Below, piece after piece: positions 1-11,966 of a stretch of DNA of 64,000 bases. Made by a program: the position numbers and the translations under genes. A model generated the notes under the pieces. That model saw only the letters and a list, made by a program, of their open reading frames with translations, did no database searches and was not told the origin of the DNA. Within the stretch, counting starts at the first letter, position 1, and each line of letters opens with the position of its first letter. Source of the stretch: Octopus vulgaris (lineage: Eukaryota); assembly GCA_951406725.2 (NCBI GenBank), contig OX597816.1:68138001-68202000 (forward strand), in the 5' to 3' direction.

Positions 1-129
1 ACTCCCGTGAAAGAATAAAGCATTAATGATAGAGTTCCTTGGTGAAATAAAAAAAAATTATTAATCCCATTTCTACTACCAAATCACTCAGTTACGAGTG
101 AAAGTATATATATATATATATATATATTT

Positions 130-485
130 CTAAGTCTCTCTAAAGGAGACTACGGCAGCGATACTGGACATTAATAGTCATTGCCTAGCTAACATGGCAG
201 TCCAGAAAAATAGGACGAATGCTACCGTTGATTAGCTCCAAGAGGCCATTGCCTCTAGCTAGCTATGTGACACACGAACCTGTGTCCACAATAACCTTCG
301 AACAGGGGAGGTCAGCCGCTTCCCCTTGCCGGTCTGGCATCTACAGACTAGTTTCAGGGTAGCATCTACAGACTAGTTTCGAAGGTTATAGTGGACACAG
401 GTTGGTGAGTCACATAGCTAACTAGAAGCGATGGCCTAATCAACGGCAGCATTCGTCCTATTTTTCTAGACTACCATGTTAGCTT

Positions 486-489
<4 letters not shown>
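130..489 (-). mobile_element. Probable PLE pLTR remnant with inverted duplication, inserted in (TA)n
   Basis: Arms 182-302 and 378-489 are reverse complements. CATCTACAGACTAGTTTC occurs twice (338-355, 363-380); on the minus strand it reads GAAAC-TA-GTC, the 3' half of a minimal hammerhead. (TA)n lies on both sides. Confidence 0.5.
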
Positions 490-539
<50 letters not shown>

Positions 540-771
540 TAGTATAATAAATAAAATATATGCATACATACAAACATATATGTACGTAACTACATCTACA
601 TGTATATATACATGCATATATAAATATATATATACATGTGTACAGGACACCGCAAATAGACGTGGTGTCCTGTACACACGTATATATATTTATATATGCA
701 TGTATATATACATGTAGATATAGGTACGTACATATATGTTTGTATGTATGCATATATTTATTTATTACACT
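540..771. repeat. Long imperfect palindrome (foldback), about 105-bp arms
   Basis: TGTGTACAGGACAC / GTGTCCTGTACACA flanks a 14-nt loop, and complementarity extends to TATATGCATACATACAAAC / GTTTGTATGTATGCATATA. Confidence 0.8.
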
Positions 772-862
772 ATTGTATGACTGAGCGCCTTCGCGTCGAT
801 TCGATTCGATTCGTTTGGTTTGGTTTGGTTTCTTCTTCTTCTCTAAGCTGGTTTATATATAT

Positions 863-912
<50 letters not shown>

Positions 913-915
<3 letters not shown>

Positions 916-1577
916 AAAAAAGGTTTGAAAATGCAATTTAAACGATGTTTATTTACTTAACCGGTTTCACTCTTTGGTAAAAGATTGTCAAAAGTTACAT
1001 TTAAGGAAACATTGAATAATATGGGTTCAAAAAAAGTTTTTTACATAATTGTCACATTGAATATTATGCATTCAAAAAGTTTTTTACATAATTGTCACAT
1101 TGGATATTATGAATTCAAAAATGTTTTTTTATACATAATTGTCACATTACATGTATAAATATAGTGTTTGGTAACAGAGAAGTTCAATAGTGTGATGAGA
1201 ATATTTGGGAAAATTTGGCAGAAAAGGATAAAACAAATATATTATTGGGAATTGGTTGCGTTAATTATTGGTTGTCGCAAATTGTCACATTACATGTATA
1301 TATATACAATCTTTGGTATATATATACAGCGTTTTGACAGCAAAAATTAAAATGGATTTTTTTGTACATCTCAGAATATTTTAAGTATGTTTTTACTGAC
1401 CTGTCAGTATTAGCAGAAAGGCTGAACTGAGAGAACAGAAGAAGTAGCCAATGTGGTGTATACTTCCCCTTTATGCATGAATGATTTTGGGGTTATCAGG
1501 AGGTTAGTATGCGGGTGTGAATAGATGCGTCCGTGCCTGCTGGTCAGATAGCGTCTGTTTGTCACACACATATATAT

Positions 1578-1590
<13 letters not shown>
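913..1590 (-). mobile_element. Solo pLTR of the same PLE family as 15697-22099, opposite orientation
   Basis: Reverse complement of about 21360-22057, with a few substitutions and an extra segment near 1147-1200. Flanked by (TA)n. Confidence 0.92.
955..995 (-). ncRNA. Candidate minimal type I hammerhead ribozyme (U3:A8 variant) in solo pLTR
   Basis: Exact reverse complement of 16152-16192. Confidence 0.55.
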
Positions 1591-1620
<30 letters not shown>

Positions 1621-1956
1621 CAACTCGAGGTCATCTGCGTCACTCGTGCTCATCACTGATTTCACATAAGACACATGCCTGCTCGAAGAATTTCCAGTTT
1701 TCCAGTACTATGTCTTTCTCCATTTCTAAGTTAAGAGTAAAAATAAAGCAACCATGCAAAACACAATAGACACAGACGACCGTCAGACGCTGAACGAAAA
1801 TAAATGAACTGCGACCAGGCTCAAGAAAAGGGGCCCGAGTTATTGGCTGCAATTACATCCTCAGTCTGTGTTGGTAGAAATTAAATCAGTTTGCAAATAC
1901 ACGCTCTCTTTACTAAATTTATACTCGGGCTAAGCCCGAAAAGGCCGAGTGCCGGA

Positions 1957-1987
<31 letters not shown>

Positions 1988-2499
1988 AGTGGCGACTCCG
2001 GCACTCAGGCCGCAGTCTACTGACTGAGACAAGTAAAAGATAAAGACACGCATAAGCACTCCACTCTCCACAAATTTCGTTTTTGTACATGGTTTGCATG
2101 ACTTTTGATGCGAATTCGTGTGTTGAACCAGATTTTGTTGTATCTCGGGAAGGTCATTATACCAATAATAAACTTACCTACTGGTCCTATTTAACTTCTC
2201 TTATTGTTATTAATCAATTACTTAATATTTAACCAGTTAAATGATCAACAATCAGCTAGGTTTTCTCAGAATCTTTTCGTAGCCACTCGCGATTTCGTCA
2301 ATGACACACACTCTTTACTCCGGCTTCCGTACAATTTCTACTTCCTAAAATTTACTCCCAAACTCCCAAGATATAAATCAGCTTGAAACTACAGTAATAG
2401 ACTATTACCTAAGTTGGTGCATAATGCGACCGAACTCGGGACAAACTTCTTGCCGTCACTGATAAACCAGTACCTCAGTTTAATATTTTGTAGAATAGT

Positions 2500-2888
2500 T
2501 ACTCTTTTACTTGTTTCAGTCATTTGACTGTGGCCATGCTGGAGCATCGCCTTTAGTCGAGCAAATCAACCCCAAAACTTATTCTTTGTAAGCCTAGTAC
2601 TTATTCTATCGGTCTCTTTTGCCGAACCGCTAAGTTACGGGGACGCAAACACACCAGCATCGGTTGTCAAGCGATGTTGGGGGAGGGGACAAACACAGAC
2701 ACACAAACATACATATATACATATATACGACGGGCTTCTTTCAGTTTCCGTTTACCAAATCCATTCACAAGGCTTTCGTCGGCCCGAAGCTATAGTAGAA
2801 GACACTTTTCCAAGGTGCCACGGAGTGGGACTGAACCCGGAACCATGTGGTTGATAAGCAAGCTACTTCCACACAGCCACTCCTACGC
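2500..2888 (-). mobile_element. tRNA-derived SINE, family A, full length
   Basis: Minus-strand head has A box TGGCTGTGTGG and B-box-like GGTTCAGTCCC, then an internal (TG)/(TA) tract and tail CCAGCATGGCCACAGTCAAATGACTGAAACAAGTAAAAGAG. Many copies in the window. Confidence 0.9.
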
Positions 2889-3029
2889 AAAAAAGAGAGA
2901 AAAAATTATCTGTGAAATAGTGATTTCTTACACATGAAGACAAAGTATTTAGAGGAGAAACAAGGATTTGTAAACCTGTTCGCTGATTCTTGTAATCTGT
3001 AGTGTTAAGGGAACTAGTGAATTAACTGT

Positions 3030-3290
3030 GAAGGTGTGTGGCTTAGTGGTTAAGGGTATTCGGCTCACGATTGTGAGGCTGTGAGTTCGAATCATGGCTG
3101 CGCAGGGTGTCATTGAGCAAGACACTTTATTTCGAATTGCTCCAGTTCACTCAGATGGCAAAAAATGAGTTGTACATGAAATTCAAATGGCCAGTCTCGT
3201 CACATTCTGTATCACGTTGAATCTACCTGATCAAACACGTTAAAAGCACGCGTTACTAAAGAGTGTACAGGTACTTGCACGTTAATTTGA
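3030..3290 (+). mobile_element. tRNA-derived SINE with CORE-like central domain
   Basis: TGGCTTAGTGG (A box) and GAGTTCGAATC (B box), followed by GTGTCATTGAGCAAGACACTT. Confidence 0.7.
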
Positions 3291-3390
3291 CGACGAGGCT
3301 GTTCTGCTGATCGGATTAATTGCTGCAATGCTCGTCGTCGTAACCGACGGAGTACCAGAGAAATAACTACCTTGGTAAGATTGATTGATT

Positions 3391-3780
3391 GTTCCTTCTC
3401 GAGCCATGTCTGGCTCATAAGAGCCGGTTTCCTGGTTTCTTTGGCGTATAGGTTCCCCACCTGGACGGGTCACCGGTCCGTCGCAGCGTTCCTTCTCGAG
3501 CCACACCTGGCTCATAGGACTGGTTTTCCGGTTTCCTTGACGTATAGGTTCCCCACTTGGACGGGACACCGGTCCGTCGCAAGATGCAGGAGGAAAGAGT
3601 GAGAGAAAGTTGTGGCGAAAGAGTCAGCAGAAGTTCGCCATTACCTTATGCCGGAGCCGCGTGGAGCTTAGGTGCTTTCGCTCATAAACACACACATCAC
3701 CCGGCCTGAGATTCGAACCCGCGATCCCTCGACCGCGAGTCTGCTGCTCTAACCACTAGGCCATGTGCCTCTGTGCCTCC
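3391..3780 (-). mobile_element. tRNA-derived SINE, family C, with tandemly duplicated ~95-bp tail
   Basis: Minus-strand head TGGCCTAGTGGTTAGAGC...GGTTCGAATC. The tail unit TTCCTTCTCGAGCC...CCGGTCCGTCGCA occurs twice (about 3391-3485 and 3489-3582). Confidence 0.8.
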
Positions 3781-5329
3781 ACTGGTAAGATTGATAATTT
3801 GCTATAAACAATTTTGCAAGAAAACTGGTGCGCAAGCAAATTTTCCCAGATTGAAAATGCTCTCGGACATGTAAACGGAAATGTTATACTTGGAAAACAC
3901 TTAGTAAATCGTGAGATCATATCCTATTTTGATGTTTAACTAATAGTCACCAGCTTTATCTAATTGTCACATTATTAATATTAATTACTATTATTATCAT
4001 CATGTCATCACAACTATTCTTATATTCAAGGCCATATACTGGGGGTTGATTTTTATCAATTAAACACATTCACTTAGTTTTGCAGCTTTGTGTTTATGCT
4101 AGAAATCAGTATTAAATAGCCATCAAATAATAGAATTACTATATACAACTGTCGAATGGTATCATCATTAGATCGCTGCACAAAATGCTCTGCGGTAATA
4201 TTTCTGGCTCTTCCCGTAATAAGTTCAAATCTCGTTGAGAACATCTTTGCTTTTTATACTTCCAAGTTAGGTTGAAGAAAGTTAAGTTCGGCTAATTACA
4301 GGAACTAATTAGCAGTGTCGCTAGAGTATAGGACTAAATATATCTTGCGGTATTTGCTTCAAATCCTTCTGTGGTCAGTCTTGCCTATTATCATTTAGGG
4401 GCTAATAAATAAAGTACTAGTAAAGTACTGAGATCACCAGTACTTGGATAGTATAAGCGAACAAAACTTTTTGCAGTATTTGTTCATAACGTAAAAAAGG
4501 TGTACATTTTCTTATTCTGCCACTACCACCACCATTACTGTTACCACCACCTCCATCACAGCATGTTCCCCATGTTGCCTCTACACAATCATCGATTTGC
4601 CAGAAATAACAGCTAAACGTCTCAAAGAAATATACATTAGATAATTTAGTTTTTGGCAATAAAAACATAAAAACGAGGCGAAAGTCACAGCTGGAATGTC
4701 ACATATATATATATATTCTATATCCTACAGAATTCAGAGGCAGCACTGCAAGTTACAACATTTCGTAAACGAATACGTCCATGTAAATAATGCCATCGAA
4801 GATAGGAAAAATATTTAATGGGTGTATATGCATATTTCAAGAGATATTGCTCTCTCATCAGCACCACATCCAACCCATCAGCTATCCACGATCATATTGC
4901 TTAAATATCCATTAAGTTTAGCTGTGTAATATGATTGGATAGAACAATTTACATATTAAACACATTCTTGGCAATGATACGTACATATTAATTGCTGGCA
5001 AGGATATATTTCGTTTTGATACCATAATATAGGATCAATTATATCAAAGGTTTATCAGTCAATATTGTGTCTTATCTCGTGTTATCAGTGCGGTGTATTC
5101 ATCTTTAATGATTTCTGATTTAAGAACAAGGCCTGCAATTTTTGAGGAGAGGGTGTTAGTCAACTACATCAATCCCAGTATTTAACTGGTACTTCATTTT
5201 GCCAGGTATGCCACAGGGTTAAATGATAACGACGACAAAACCTAGGACCACGATATGTGAACCAGAATACGGCGTTGTAGTAAATATCTATATTATATTT
5301 TTTTTAATCGAATCACTAAAGTCATAAAG

Positions 5330-5600
5330 AAACAGGGAGAAGTCAGTGAATATACAGAAAGATGGCAGTGTAGCAATAAATGTACAGGAAATAGTTTTGT
5401 AAAAATAGCTGGATAAGAATTATATACTATTTTGCAGCTGTAAATATACAGGAAGTTGGTTCAATATCAGAAGTTATTTCAGGAAGTTGACAATATGACA
5501 GAACATATACATACAGGAAGTTGACAATATGACAGAACATATATATACAGGAAGTTGGTAGTGAATGAGAAACTATACAGGTAGTCAGTAAAATTAGTAG
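5330..5600. repeat. Degenerate ~34-bp minisatellite
   Basis: Recurrent TACAGGAAGTTGACAATATGACAGAACATATA-like units. Confidence 0.65.
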
Positions 5601-5621
5601 TGTAAAAGTGTATATATATAT

Positions 5622-5990
5622 ATAAAATTTAAATAATAAGGGTAGAAATTGATATTAATCAATTAAAACCAGTGGTTTAGCATATTTTAAAAATTGGCAG
5701 ATTAAAAATTGTGTTACATACAAAATTAAGAGGAATGAACACTGATGAGTGACTATATTTATATCGAAGTGATTTTCCTACTACTATAATCATTTCTTAA
5801 ATATAGCCACAAACGCGTGTCGTTATTCTACCAATTATATATGTATTTATTATTTTTTTGCAATTTACTTAATCATTGACATTTTATTGTTATTTTAATT
5901 TTAATATTTCTATTATATGTAATTTTCTAGATGGTGTAATTTAATTGTTCATTTTGAATTGATAAAAGGTGGGGTTTTTTTCTAATTTGA
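5622..5990 (+). mobile_element. PLE pLTR-like relic between (TA)n, with degenerate hammerhead
   Basis: CTGATGA at 5742-5748, a 12-bp stem II (5749-5760 / 5799-5810), then AAAC-GCGT-GTC. Confidence 0.55.
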
Positions 5991-6929
5991 TATATATATA
6001 TATATATATATACAGAAAATGGAATTCAACCAAGTTTTCTTAAGATATATTTTAGCAAGTCTTGTTTAGCAGGCACTTGTTTAAAAAGTCAACTGCACCC
6101 GTCATGTAAGACAGTTGATTGTACAGCTTCTCGCCTTCGCGGTATTGATGCAGGATGAGTCGTATCTTTTGAAGTGAATATGAATAAAGTCTCTCGTCAA
6201 TTCTATTTTTCGTATTTTATCTATTTATATAAATTCCACGAACATCAAAGAACTCCTGAAGTAAATTTAGTTGCATATGCACCAGAGATGATGTTCATAT
6301 CAGGTAACCAATAACTGTGGACGTGCTTAACACAGCATACTCCAAGGTTTATACCCGAGTATAACAATAATTTTGACTTAACTAATTTATATAATTTTAT
6401 TTTATATTATATTATATTATATATTATATTTTACTATATTACATTATATAGGATTTCATTAGAATCTAGGCGCATCAACACGTAGGATGCCAGAAATGGT
6501 TAGATACGATAATATACAGTTTACAGTGAGGTAAAAACCAATGAACGTATCACATGTTGGTTGGATACCGAACATGCGTAAATAACAAAACCAATTTAAA
6601 CTGTATTTATTTCGATATTTATTAAGCTATTGAAAGCCACAAGCTGGTTAATTAACTGAGCACGAAGCAGTCGACGTTTTAATAAGTACGTGCATTTAGT
6701 AAAAGACTGAAACACAGGGGAGATAATTAACTTCACAACAAGTATAACCAGTGCCTTCCGAATATCAAAATCTTATTGACCAACATGGAATGGTCTTTGA
6801 TGTGTTCGGTGGTTTATCCTTAATTTCTGCTAAGATAGATCTAAAATGCGGGCAAAAAGAAAAGTGTCGCTCCTGGTATTTACACAGTCACTGGATGATT
6901 TTTTAAAAAGTTATGGCTTTTTTTTAGCG

Positions 6930-7135
6930 AGAATACAGAACATATTTTTGATCCTTTAGTATAGAGTTTGGTCTTAGAAAGGATATGTGGTTGTATCTGA
7001 CTTTCTTGGCCTTAAGTTTCCAAATTAATGCCGAGAGGGTCATTGCATATTTCTTCTCGGTGTTTCTAATGGTTGAAAGAAGGTTGTTGTTTGTGTGTTT
7101 AAATGTTCCTTCCACTGATCCAGTATAACGTTTGA
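6930..7135 (-). pseudogene. Decayed PLE-type GIY-YIG endonuclease fragment
   Basis: Translates to KRYTGSVEGTFKHTNNNLLSTIRNTEKKYAMTLSALIWKLK, resembling the YIGxTEGxFKxRYNNH...LSxxIWxLK pattern of PLE endonucleases. Confidence 0.6.
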
Positions 7136-7189
7136 TCTATGTCCGGCCGTTGCCATAGGTTGCTGATACCTGCGCTTCATAATTTCACC

Positions 7190-7565
7190 TTTTATTTGTT
7201 TCAGTCATTGGACTGCAGCCATGCTGGGGCACGTTCTTGGAAGGTTTGGTTCTTAATTTTTAAGCCTGGTGCTTATTCTATCGCTCTGTTTTGCCGAACC
7301 TATAGTTTAGAGGGACGTAAGTAAACCAACAACGGTTGTTGAGCAGTGGTGAGGGACAAAGACTCACACACACGCTTACACCCCCGTGCACCCTCACACT
7401 CACACCCACATCCCCACACAACGAGGTTTCATCCTTTACTGTCAACCAAATACACTCACAAGGGATTGGTTGGCCACACGTCAGATGTAGAAGTAATCGC
7501 AGAGCAACAGGACATGAAATATCCGGGAATTGAAAGTACTGTCTTGCGATCGAGAGTGCACTGCC
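7190..7565 (-). mobile_element. Diverged SINE family A copy
   Basis: TTGTTTCAGTCATTGGACTGCAGCCATGCTGGGGCAC...TTTTGCCGAACC, similar to 2500-2888. Confidence 0.75.
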
Positions 7566-7757
7566 TTAACTGGCCATATAAGTCCCAAATATTCTAGCCA
7601 GATCCAGCCTCTCACACCTATCCTACAAGGTCATTCTAAAACTAAACGATCACATCAATGAAATGTGAAAGCTATGGGTTAATGCATAATTAATTTAAAC
7701 CAATGTAAATAAATAATTAGAATATTCAACAGAATAATCTGAATGCTAAAGGGTCAA
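7565..7757. mobile_element. Non-autonomous DNA element end (TTAACCC-type terminus)
   Basis: Ends AATCTGAATGCTAAAGGGTCAA, resembling a piggyBac-like MITE terminus. The left end is degenerate. Confidence 0.4.
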
Positions 7758-8138
7758 ACCACGCACCTTCACACGCACACATACACACACAGATACACAC
7801 ATGCAAGCACACACGCGCACACACATATATACGGACACAAATGCACACAAGCTGGAGCTTGATCAATCCCAGAGTGAAGTTATCTGAAGACTGAAACACA
7901 TAATGATAGCAAGAAACATCTCTGATCGTGTGTCTAGGTGTATCACAGAATGATGTGTGGAAAGCTACAGACTTATATTCCAGGCGTGGGTGTATGGCAA
8001 GATGCTTGCTTCTAAACGACGTGACTCCGGGTTGGAAAAAATAACCTTCAAAGGTAATAATTATTAAAGTAGATATAGAAATAGAATTTTAATATATATA
8101 TATATATATATATGAGAGAGGAGGAGGAGGAGGAGGAG

Positions 8139-8191
<53 letters not shown>

Positions 8192-8379
8192 TGCATGTAT
8201 GTATTGGCGACGAATAATTAATACTGTGACCCAGAAGCACCCTCGAACAAACAACATTCTACATGGTGGTTCAACATGGTAGAAATTGGAACCAAATATC
8301 TTAAGTCACAAAGGATATAGGGGAACCTATTTAATAATAGCGCACCTGGGCCAAACAGCAATACATACACACATATCCA

Positions 8380-8531
8380 TATACGATGGGCTTTCGGTAT
8401 CCGTCTACCATATCCACTCACAGTGCTTTGATTGGCCCGGGCTGTAGTGAAAGTCGACCAAGGTGCCACACAGTGGGACTGAATCCTGAACCATATGGCT
8501 GGGAAGGAATACTCTTACCACACAGCCACGC
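8380..8531 (-). mobile_element. SINE family A, 5' part
   Basis: CCGTCTACCATATCCACTCACA...GGGACTGAATCC...CCACACAGCCAC. Confidence 0.75.
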
Positions 8532-8648
8532 TATATATATATCTACTATATCAGTATTATATACCTATATGTATATGAATGTATATATATGTATATGTAA
8601 ATTCACACAGACACATGTATGTACATATATAGATATATGAATGTCTGC

Positions 8649-8711
<63 letters not shown>

Positions 8712-9197
8712 CCTGTACTGTTCCACGCCCATTACATTCTTGGTTCTCTAACAGCTTATTCAGCCACCTTTTCCACTTCCGGTCAGTCAACGGTAGCCAT
8801 GTTGACAAACCACACGTAAACATTTATATCTCGACTTTCTTCTTCATTCCTCCCCTTTTTTCCCATTACGTCCTTTTCCATGAACAGATATATCTTTTTA
8901 ATTAGCTCTTTGCAGTTCTATAAGCATCAAACTGATATTATTTATCGCGAACATACATATATATATATATTCAGACACAACTATACATATACTTATACAC
9001 ACACATGTATGTATGTATGTATGTATGTATGTATGTATGTATGTATGTATGTATGTATGTTTGTATGTATGTATGTATGTATATATATATATACATATAT
9101 ATATATACATACATATATACACATATATATATACAGATATATACATATATACACACACACACATATATATATATATACATACATATATACATATATA

Positions 9198-9404
9198 TAC
9201 TCTTTTTACTTGTTTCAGTCATTTGACTGGCCATGCCTTTAGTCGAGCAAATCGACCCCAGGACTTATTCTTTGTAAGCCTAGTGCATATTCTATCGGTC
9301 TCTTTTGCCGAACCACTAAGTTACGCGGACGTAAACACCAGCATCGGTTGTCAAGCGATGTTGGGGGGACAAACACAGACACAGAAACATATACACACAC
9401 ATGC

Positions 9405-9453
<49 letters not shown>

Positions 9454-9562
9454 TACTACGGGCTTCTTTCAGTTTCCGTCTACCAAATCCACTCACAAGG
9501 CTTTGGTCGGCCCGAGGCTATAGTAAAAGACACATGTCCAAGGTGCCACGCAGTGGGACTGG
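9198..9562 (-). mobile_element. SINE family A, head truncated
   Basis: High identity to 2500-2835. Confidence 0.88.
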
Positions 9563-9787
9563 AATACATATATGTGTGTGCGTGCGTGTGCGTATAAATA
9601 TATGTATATAGTCTTTTGGGGCTGAGATTCGTAGGGGAATGAGTTCAAATTTTTGAGACCATACTGTAGCTATCTCAGCGAATAAAAATTTACACGGACT
9701 CTGCTTTACGTACAGAAATAATTTTTGCCGTTTGTTACTCTGCCTATATGTTTACGTGTATATAAGTATGTATACACCACAGACACA

Positions 9788-9839
<52 letters not shown>

Positions 9840-10831
9840 GGCACACACACGCACAAATTTGTACATGTGCATGTGTGTGGAGAGGTGCATGATATAATAT
9901 TTCAATAAGAATAAGCCAGTTTCAGTATTTGATATTCCGGATGATGGCGAATCAAATGCTGCTGATGTGACTTTCACAATATTACCGCAGCTTTGAGCCA
10001 AAGCTGGACAGAAAGACTAAGAAAACAACAGACAAAAGCTTGAATCTTTTACACCATGGCCAGCCAAGCAAGCTACTTTCTTCATGCCGGCTCAGTGTAA
10101 CAGATGCTGTGAGCGGTAATATGTGTTAATACATCCCATCTCTAGAATGGATTCTAATACTCCTTCTGAATATATTTAGAACTGTTTCTTTAATTTGCAG
10201 TGCTAAGTTCAAGAAATTTTATAGTTCTAAGACATCTTAGAAGCACTCACTCAGTCGCATCGTCTATAAAGACACTACACCAAAGTATTCGCTTTGTACC
10301 TGATTGGTTGATCGTGGTGAGAACAAGACGACCAGTTTCATTTTGAGTCTTGTATAATAACATGGAAAATGCTACATGCAATGTTAGAAGATAGTGTTTT
10401 TTTTCTCTCCAGATTATTCCATATGGTCTAAGACTTGACATTAAAGGGAACCTCTATGTGGTAGCTGAAACTGTTCGATATATCAGTCAAATTTCAATCC
10501 CATTGCCTTAAGTGATGAAGGATACATTAGGTAGTGTAAGCATATATTCGTTATATATTTCCTCCTAAAGAGACGGGTTGTTATGCTTTTGAGCATAGGT
10601 CTGCTTGATCAGTATTGAGTTACACAACAACAAAAACAATGACAATAATAACAACAACGATAATATAATCTATGTTTTGATCTTGAGAGTTGATGAAATG
10701 AGATAAGATAAATCCAAACTCTATATTATCTAACTGTGAAGAAGAACTGTGAAATAAGTTACTGAAACGAGAACTAGTTTTCGTAGAGGAATAACATAAA
10801 TAAACAAATAAATTATAAGGTCATTACTTAC

Positions 10832-11357
10832 CTAATTTGATAACTTTCGATACGGTAGCTTTGTATATTGGTTCCTTCGGTGTATCTATCTTTTTGGAGT
10901 CACTGGTTCGAATCACACTGGGTGACTTAAAAGACATTACTGGTGGAGATAGGCAGGTGGTTGGTGGGGCAGTAAAGTAGGAGGAAGTTGTTTTAATAGC
11001 GTTGTTGTTGTTGTTGTTGATAATGGTGGTGGTGGTGGTGGCGGTAGTAGACGTGGTGGTGCTAGATGCATTAACAGCAGGAACAGGAGAAGCTGCAGTG
11101 GCAGCCATCGCAGAAGTAGTAAAAGAAGGAAAAGAAGAAGGCGGAGGAGGAGGTGGAAGAAGAGGAGGAAAGGTCGATGAAACTGAGGATGAAGGTAATG
11201 ATGATAATGATAATAATTGAGGTAATGGTGAAGAGATGTGGGTTGTGGAAGACAGAGAAAGGGGAGAGGTGGTTGTATTCGGTAGCGAAGGTGCTGGCGT
11301 TACTGGTTGGAATATGGAGGTGGGAGAAGGCGACGTGGTCTGTTTACAAAGATTCAT
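10832..11357 (-). CDS. Probable host-gene coding exon, Ser/Thr/Pro-rich low-complexity protein (MNLCKQTTSPSPTS...KEPIYKATVSKVIKL|G)
   Basis: Open frame with non-repetitive codons ends at a canonical donor AG|GTAAGT (10832|10831), just before the in-frame stops. ATG at 11357; the true 5' boundary is uncertain. Confidence 0.55.
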
Positions 11358-11474
11358 TGCAAGAGAAGAAATGGATAAGGCACCAGGGTGAATACAATAA
11401 TGGTAACTAGAGACAATGGACAACGGAGGTTGAATAACAGCAACAGAAATTGTGACAGACACAACAAGAGTATT

Positions 11475-11906
11475 AGTAGCAGCAGCAGTAACAACAACAA
11501 CAACAACAATAATAATAATAATAATTATTATTAATAATAATAATAATGATGATAATAATAATAATTGCAAGTACTACCACCGTCACTCCCCTAAAATCGT
11601 CACCATCACCATCTTAATCATAATCATCATAATAATGATCATTTTTATTATCATTATCGTTAACATCTTGAACTCTGTTAGTTAACACCACCACCACCAC
11701 CACCACTGCCGCCACCACCACCACTGCCGCCACCACCACCACTGCCGCCACCACCACCACTGCCGCCACCACCGCCACCACCACCACCGCTCCCACAACA
11801 AGATCAACAAACAACTGCCACCCCCACCACTGCCACCACCAACACCACTGCCACCACCACTATTACCAACAACCACAACACCACAACCAACGCTACTGCT
11901 GCTGTG

Positions 11907-11966
<60 letters not shown>

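Noticed and set aside
3700-3780. tRNA genes at SINE heads (also 2820-2888 and 3030-3100)
   Set aside because: A and B boxes are present, but they continue into SINE bodies and no full cloverleaf is evident.
4720-4830. Possible plus-strand exon after TCCTACAG|
   Set aside because: All frames close within about 30 codons, with no recognisable protein and no donor; insufficient support.
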